A program made the position numbers and the translations under genes. A stretch of 61,877 nt of DNA, the filler included, from Choristocarpus tenellus KU-1152 (Eukaryota; Protista; Phaeophyceae), in NCBI GenBank assembly GCA_964200185.2. It is 10 parts of 10 records of this genome, joined end to end, with 100 filler letters (N's around TTAATTAATTAA, not from the genome) between each part and the next. Parts side by side here need not be neighbours in the genome. Positions count along the whole stretch, not along the records: positions 53,944 to 58,844 come from CAXNAD020012601.1; positions 58,945 to 61,877 come from CAXNAD020023550.1; 8 more parts are not named here. One strand, written 5' to 3'. Positions 54,648 to 61,877 of this stretch are shown here, piece by piece. Position 1 is the first letter of the stretch. Each line of letters begins with the position of its first letter. Under the pieces are notes generated by a model. The model did no database searches, had not been told where the DNA came from, and saw only the letters and a program-made list of their open reading frames with translations.

Positions 54648-54855
54648 GTGACGAACCAGTGCGACCCCTCTGCCACTGACTTCCAGCCACCAGCCTATCC
54701 TGTGACCAACCAGTGCAAACCCCCTTCGCCACTGATCTTCAGTCACCAACCACACCAGATGACCAACCAGGGCGACTCCATTGCCACTGACTTCTAGTCA
54801 CCAACCACATCCGGTGACCAACCAGTGCGACCCATTCGTCACTGATTTCCAGTCA
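54648..54855. repeat. Minisatellite, ~55-bp unit x ~4
   Basis: GTGACCAACCAGTGCGACCC..GCCACTGACTTCCAGTCACCAACC repeated. Confidence 0.8.
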
Positions 54856-55235
54856 TGACTACTTTCCACTCCACCCCACACCCCACTTTCCACTCCACGA
54901 CACCATTCAACCCTACAACACTCTCCGCGACTTCCTGCTCCACCGTACCATTCAACACTACTCAACAATAACTCATGAAGACCCCATCACTATCCGCTTC
55001 AATACCATGCCTTTCAACTAGATGACATCTACCCCACCCGGCTTTACCTCTCCCCCTTTGTTCCCCAGCATCCAGTCTTTCATGAGCAGTTGAAAGGGTG
55101 AGTGGGTGGGAAAGATTGCTCGAAGGTTGCCTTGATCTAGCCCTGCTTGTCCTGTCCCACTAACCTCAAATTTCTCATAAGTTCTGATCCATCCCTCCCT
55201 ACCTCTTTTGCCTCCTAGACGCCCCCACTGTCAAC

Positions 55236-55871
55236 AGATCCCTAGGTAGGGAGGAGGCCCTATCTAATCGGTGTACAGTGGCTGGGTGCAGGAGGCAAAA
55301 CGTGGACACTAGATATGCTCGTACCTGACCTAGGCAGGAGGACAGGGCCACCAACACACACCAATGGTGAAGCATCTAGGTCAACTCTACAAAGGAATGA
55401 GCATCCCTTGCTTTATGGAGGATGGTAGCATTCCCAGTGGACTGGAATTTCCGTATGGATATGGTCTTCCATGCTCGGACACTTGCGGATGCCGGATCAG
55501 CTTCCTACCAGGGTAAAGGCCTCCTCCTGGATGACACATTTCCACAAGTGCAAGCATCCTCCCATCTGTCACACTCATCCACCAGCAATGGTGTAGCTGC
55601 TGCTGCAGCTGAGGGGCGAAAACGCACCCACTACAAGGGTTCTTTCGACCCTCGTAGTTGTAACCTCAACACCTTCGCGGTGGAAAGTTATGGACAGCTC
55701 GGTAAGCAGGCAGATAATTTTCTGGACGAGCTGTCTACGCACATGGTAGGGGGAAGAGGGACCGGAGGCTACATGAGGAAAGAAGCTGTCAAATCTCGTT
55801 TAGGAGATGGTGTCTGTCACAACTCACGGCTCTATCAAGACGTATCATGCGTTTTAAGCTGGAGACACTAG
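55236..55871 (+). mobile_element. Non-LTR retrotransposon relic, CRE/RLE-type C-terminus (zinc knuckle + restriction-like endonuclease)
   Basis: CTVAGC..DTRYART*..H remnant, then RMDMV..LLLDDT..AAAAAEGRKRTHY..FAVESYGQLG; TGA at 55326-55328 and frameshifts. Confidence 0.72.
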
Positions 55872-56399
55872 GGAGATGGGCAAGGAAGGAGGGACCTGTC
55901 AGATTGTTGAGATGCTTCCCTAAGTCTCCTCGCTGGGGGGTGTAGGGCTAAGCTAAGTTGGAGGCATAGGGAGTGGTGCAGGATACCTGGTAGAAAAATA
56001 TTATACAGAAAAATGTCTTGCACATTTACGACAATTGTTACTTTTAACAGGTTCTGATATTTAATTGACTTAATTTTTTTTCTCCTGACGCATTTGTAAA
56101 GTGTTAGAGGGTAAAAAACAATATTGCTAACTCTTCGAAATATTAATAATCTATCCAATATACGATGTCTGATTATCAATCAAGATAATGTTAATCAATG
56201 AGAAATGAGAAACGAGAAATGAGAAATGAGAAGGAGTAGTAGTAGTTATGATAAAGAACTATTGAAACTGACAACGCCTCCAAAATCAGAACCCGCTCTA
56301 TTTTGTTGTAGTGTTAACTACTTTTTCAAAACCTAACTTGAGTTGGTCACTTGAAGCCTTCAGTGTGTTCTGCTCTTTAAGGTCGGACCTCCATAAGGA

Positions 56400-57560
56400 G
56401 TGGTGGAGGAAGGTGATATAGACCGCCGCTCTTCCGGGAGGTTCGACCGCTCTTCACTGGAGTTTAAAGTCTGTACTGCAATACTTGCCACCCTATTTCT
56501 ACAACCTTCGAGGCTCGTTGGAGGAAAATTCAACAGTTCTTCGACCATGGTCTTATTTCCTTGCTCTTTCGACTCTACAAAGTGGGGTCACTGGTGCTCG
56601 AATGAAAGGAACTGGCTGATTGCGTTAAACAGGTTCGTCTGCGTTGTGGGTACAGTAGATTATTGTTACACAAACATGTTTTGCAGGTATCGGCTGTTGT
56701 GAAGCCTCTTCAGTATCTCAAACGGCATTTCTACGTAGTATACTTGATTTACTATACCCTGTCTCATTCCTATGTTCTCCTTTGACTGGGAAAATAAAAC
56801 GTTTCACTGCCGCTTCCAAAGTAGGACGATAGATTGGTGGATAAAAACTGTACGTTTTTGGGGACAACAGCAATCTCATGTGTGTAGACTTTGTGTGGTG
56901 AGGGTCGTAACGACTCCTGGTTGTGTTGCAGACATATTGAAGTGCGGCACCTTTTATTCTACTAGAATCCATTATGTGTATGATAACATATTTGGTGGAT
57001 AAAAACGTTCTTGAGCCTTGGACATCCATGCAACATGTCTACTGTGGTCAGGCACAAAAAGCAGGAAGAAGACAGTCCACAAGTCACAGAGTGAATTGTT
57101 CAAATGAGTCTTCAAACTCTGCCTATATGTGAACCCACCATTTCGTTCCGGATTTGAGACCATGATGTGGTCAAAGGAGTGGTTATCGATCCGGCCCACC
57201 CCCTCTCAGATTTAATCGGATCGTGAGTGATTGACTGATGTCTTGAATTGACAGTGTGAAATTATATTGAGTATGAGATTTGATTTTGATGAAATTTGCA
57301 TCACATGGAAGACATTGTCCTAGGCTGTTTGGACATGTAAAAACTTTACGCATTCTTTTTCATCAATCAAAAATCTCCTAATACCTGTGGCTCTCTTGGA
57401 CGTTTTGCCCAAATGTTTCTACGGTATATTTTCAATGTGGGAGAAAAATATACACTACTCAGGAGTACGTAGTGCCAATCACCGGATTTTTTTTTTTCTT
57501 CCAGACACAGTTACAGTCATTGTGTGTGCATCTTGAGATTCGAAAAATTATTTCAAGAAA
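56400..57560 (-). mobile_element. Decayed pogo/DDE_1-like transposase relic
   Basis: NGGFT..LLFVPDHSRH..PHHTKSTH, echoing NGWMT..LLxxDGHxSH..PPHxTH. Confidence 0.3.
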
Positions 57561-58944
57561 CAGTGGACAGTTTTTCTTGATATGTATGTCGAAAACGTGG
57601 AAAGAGGTGTGAGAAGTGAGAGAGTATGTGTAATGCGATCAGTGTGGTCTTTGCACACAATGGGGAGAGAGTCAATGGTGTTGGCATCAGGGTTGGTCAC
57701 TTAATATGATAGCTTCTCGGGCATGGTTCCTAGGTGCACACCCTTTGTTCATCGTGTGTTGTTCTGACCAGGTAGCACCAGACGGTATTGAGCTCCTGTA
57801 GTTGTACTCCACTCTCTCTCACTCTGGACCTCTCCGTAGATAGATGCGACAACACTCAGCTACTGCACACAGGAAAAAACATTTTTTGTATACATTGAGA
57901 AGTTTCAGAGAATTTTCGCGAGGGCACGCGAGAGGTGAGGCAACAGCAAGCATACGTACCTACCGGACCGAGATCAGGTAAAAGGTACAGCTGAGTGAAG
58001 AGCCGGTTAGAGCCAGTGCAAGACACACACACACACACACACAAACAAACTTTGCATGGGAAGCATGCGTGGTTGGTACAAGCAGACGCACATAGAAGAG
58101 GAATGGATTGGTTAGGGTTAGGGATGATTTAAGCCTGTGCACTGTCCTTGTTGTAGTGGTTGGGCCGATTGATGCTGAGTTTGGCTGGGCCTATGCTGTA
58201 GTGGTCGATTTGCTCTGCTTACCCCCATCCCTAACGATGTCAGCTTTAGAGAACTGTGTTTAGCGTAGGTTTAGCGAGGTCGCAGGGCTGTTACGCAAAT
58301 GCAATGCTATCATGGACCGTGCTTGTGATTGATTGATTGGGAAATGAAATGTTGAGGAGGTTTGATGCATTTCTGCCTGGTCATTTGGTTTGGAATGGAA
58401 AAAATGAAAGAGATGGCTTGATGATGTCAACTACGCCCATCCCTCATCCGAGCCCTATGAACTGCACACAACTGCATGTAAATGTAACTGTATTTGTAAC
58501 TACTGTGAACGTAACTGCCCAAAGAGTTGTAAGTGTAGCTGGAAATACAGTTGTATATGTCCCTGTCAAGATGGTGAATATATATATGTATATATATATT
58601 GTGTGTGTAGATCTGTAGATGCAACTGCACACCCTATTTCCAAAAGGAGAATGTTGCGACCATATCCTCAACTCCCAATTCTAAATTCCCCCCCCAAAAA
58701 GGGAAACATGCCACACTCTTTTGTATTTTTGTATTTAAGGTGAAATCCACCCATCCACCCATCCAGCACACATACCTCTCCTTTAAAATGTCACGTTGCT
58801 ACAGACTCCTGTCTTGCACTGCCTACTGTCAATCTGCCCCCCCCNNNNNNNNNNNNNNNNNNNNNNNNNNNNNNNNNNNNNNNNNNNNTTAATTAATTAA
58901 NNNNNNNNNNNNNNNNNNNNNNNNNNNNNNNNNNNNNNNNNNNN

Positions 58945-58984
58945 CCCCCCCCCCCCCCCCCCCCCCCCCCATATACTTTGACCC
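58945..58984. mobile_element. MITE family B-type terminus at contig start
   Basis: Poly-C + ATATACTTTGACCC. Confidence 0.6.
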
Positions 58985-59379
58985 AGTCACCGTCCTTTTA
59001 TGATGTATTTTGGAATAAAATACCTTAGGACCTACGCTTAGCGCTTGAGTGGGTGTAGCCTATATTATTATGGCTCAGGGAAGTTGCCGTTGGGTTCAAA
59101 GTTTGGAGCTGGGATGGTTGCTGCCGTTGGGATTGGGTGATGGAGATGAATTCCATGTTGCCATCGGGCCAATAAAAACATGCATATGAGGACACATAGA
59201 CACAAAATCTTCCGGAAGATATTAAAATTAATATACCAAATGTGTAAGTCCGTTAATTTAGAGAACGTCCAACCTCTCCAGTACAACATGTCTGTCGAGG
59301 CATGTGTCTGATTGGCAAAGTAGAGGGTGACTCACTATAAGGAGTTGGCCTAGGTCGCTCCTCAAAGTCATGTCTCTCG

Positions 59380-61440
59380 TCAGTATGGGGGCAGAGTGGG
59401 ACTTGTCCAGAACCAGGCCCGTGTAGGAGCGTCTTGGTCTATATTGTATCGTTCCACAAGAAGCTGGAAATTTCGCAATTCGCCATTCTCCCATTTAATC
59501 TCGTAGGGGTAGCTGACTCGCTCATCTCCAACTTTTACCTTGTAGTGGGGCTGGTACTTGGTCACGGTCCCTCGCATCCACTGATCGTCCCATCTGAAGT
59601 ATAGTCCCCTGCCCTCGGCACCGGCATTGGGTGTTTCTCTCTCATCTAAATCCGGCACAGCCCTCAGTGTCGGTTCAAGGATTATATGTTTCTCAGTATC
59701 CTTCTCCATGTCAATACGCCTCTGCTGGTGGTCAACCATCGACCGGCGGCATTGTCTGATACAATGGGCTGCAGCCTCGACACTGTCCCTCGTGTTCATT
59801 TCCCGAAGTTGGTCGACACCCTCCTCTTTCTCGTCCTCTGTCATGTACGACCTCAGATGAGGGGGCAAAGGTTTTTCGCCATCGTCCGGAAGGTAGGACA
59901 CTGAGATAATATACGCCCCTGAACCGTCCACGTGAACATCAGTGACCTTCCCCTGTACGATAGACCCCCCACTCGCGCATAGGATGAAGCTGGCTCCTCT
60001 ACCGAACCTGGCGTTGGATGTGTCCCCAAGTCCCAGTTTCCTTGAGAAGCGAGCAGGTATCGCATCAAGGGATTGACAGTTGGGAGTGAAAGTATCTTGG
60101 AGGGTACGAGTTTTGCCCTGTTTGTCCGTTTGGGGCTTGGCTTCCCACCGGTTTTTTATGACATTTTCCCTCTCTGAATTGTTTCGGAGTAGGTATCATG
60201 TATAAAACTATGAAAGGTTGTGTCTGGAACAAGGATATTGACACTTCCTAACAAACACGATAGCCAAAATTACATCAAAATCGCAACATTAGATATTAGC
60301 CCCCAAACGGATGCGACTCTACCCTCTGAGATACTTTGACTCTTGGATTCTGTTGTGAACCTCTGGTATTGACCAGGCAGGATCGTGAATGTGCTGTCCA
60401 GGTGGTTGTGGTGGATGTCTTTGTCATCTGGGATGATGATAGCCTGAAGGGGCACGACGCGGGGACCAGGTTGTGTCTCCTGCATCATCTCAATGATGTT
60501 CGTTGCAGGAGCTGTGTTGGTGTGTAGGACTATTGGCATGTGTTTGCGCGTGATGGCCTTGTTTGGTTGTATAGGGGTGTTGTTTGCTTTGGTTTTGTGG
60601 AATGGAGAGTTTTATGTAGAATAGAGGATACACTTAGACAGCGAAATGAAATAATGGGGTACGCTTATTTGATATATGGAAATTGTAAAATATTAGGTGA
60701 ATGTTGACGATCGCGGTTGTAGAGTAGGAGAAAAAAATGACACTGGTTTGGATGTCAGGGTTGGACGTTATGGGAGGATTTTATTTGGGTATGAGGGGGT
60801 ATGAGGGGATATCAGGGGATATGCAACATCTGTATATGGACAGCGTGGAATCATTCGTGTGGAGCATTGTTCTGTTAGAAACAATAAGAAGCGTTTTTCA
60901 CCTTGTCCGTTCATGGCATGCGAATAGTTGGCACCCTATCAACAAAGCTAGCACTCAGCGCCTCGGAGTCTTCAGTGACAAAGACGACCTCATCTCCAGC
61001 ACTGAATATCCCTCCCTAGCGGGAGTGGTGCCTGGCATTCCATTGAATCATGTCCTTGCGGTGGACAGTGAACGGCAAGACCTCTATACCATTCTAGATA
61101 CATATCGCCTGTTCCTGTTTTCCGTTGAAAATTCAAGGTCTTTCTCCTTAAGCGGGGGCACATGGGTTAGTTGCCACCTGCATTGGGTCAGGTTGTTGAT
61201 GGAACAGTTCGTGCAGTAGCACGACAGTTCGGTGTATATCAATGTACGGGAGTCTCCGGTGGCGAGCCGACCAGTGAAGAACCTGTGCATGGACTTGATG
61301 CCACCGAGGTTTGGGACACGTGGGTTGTGCCTTCTCGCGCGATTGATCTTGTAAGCGAAAGGTGGACTATCTCCTGTGGTCAGAACGTGTCGATGTATAT
61401 AAGTTTCGTAGACGTGTTACTGTGCTGTCTGCCGTCCCTG
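59380..61440 (-). pseudogene. Decayed DNA transposase region (Sola2-like C-terminal motifs) with Tudor/SH3-like tail, MITE-interrupted
   Basis: INR..VPNLGGIKSMHRFF..TELSCYCTNC....C (~61350-61175) resembles the G-x-x-S-x-H..SC(F/Y)CxxC motif found downstream of the catalytic core in HGK-type (Sola2-like) transposases. Premature stops begin at 61084. The downstream ORF 60539-59380 is restored on MITE removal. The catalytic core is not visible. Confidence 0.55.
60084..60342 (+). mobile_element. MITE family A, intact with 4-bp TSD TTGG, inserted in an ORF
   Basis: TTGG at 60080-60083 and 60343-60346; removing the element plus one TSD copy rejoins two minus-strand ORFs in frame. Confidence 0.9.
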
Positions 61441-61810
61441 TCTGTCCAATCCTAAGGGTTATGGTGATTGTGCGTATATGGGGAGGGGTGGTAAGTGTTG
61501 GAGTCAGTGTTGGTACTGTTGCAGCGTCCTGTGACCGATTCAATGTGACGGCATTTTCTTTGGAGTGATATGTGCTACCTATTCTTGGAACAAGTGTTTG
61601 GTAAATGACAGATGTCAATATGTGATGAAAACAAAAACCTAGAGTTTTGGGCTAGTTTGATGCTTGGCAGACTCCTGAAAAATAGAGGGTGAGATGATTT
61701 AAGTTTGCACAGAAATGTGTATGTGCATTTATCATGTTGCGCGTGGTGTCGACTTGAAGGGAAGGCACCGATGTGACGTAAAGGGTCAATGGTATCTATT
61801 GCGTGCTTAG

Positions 61811-61877
61811 GACCCAAAGTATCAGAGGGAGGAGGGGGGGTCTACACCAGAGTGTCCATTTGGACCAAAATTGGGAA
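61811..61877 (+). mobile_element. MITE family B, left end (runs out of window)
   Basis: GACCCAAAGTATCAG..GGGGGGTCTACACCAGAGTGTCCATTTGG. Confidence 0.8.

Noticed and set aside
55326-55328. In-frame TGA at a Cys position (selenocysteine?)
   Set aside because: It lies in a frameshifted retroelement relic; simple nonsense decay is more parsimonious.

Overview
Eukaryotic, intron-rich, repeat-rich genomic DNA, most consistent with a stramenopile (probably a brown alga; this is inference from gene style and exon/intron layout). The window is not one locus: it is ten contigs or contig pieces joined by nine artificial 100-bp linkers (N44-TTAATTAATTAA-N44), so adjacency across linkers has no biological meaning. 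Four genes can be spliced by hand: a GPATCH1/TOUGH-like G-patch protein (-), a head-to-head secreted Cys-rich protein of unknown function (+), a partial FBH1/FBXO18-like UvrD helicase (+) and an EAPP-like protein (+). The rest is mostly transposon-derived. It holds at least 14 copies of two related MITE families (termini G-R-S-Y-CAAAGTATCT; 4-bp TSDs on two copies; Sola-like), a decayed Sola2-like transposase region with a Tudor-like C-terminus that is interrupted by one of these MITEs, a non-coding LTR element with a tRNA-Gln-like primer site, and Penelope, CRE/RLE and other relics. Splicing oddities are a GC-AG intron bounded by an 8-bp direct repeat and an apparent excess of AAG acceptors. 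No prokaryotic-type system (CRISPR, operon, RNA gene) is supported.
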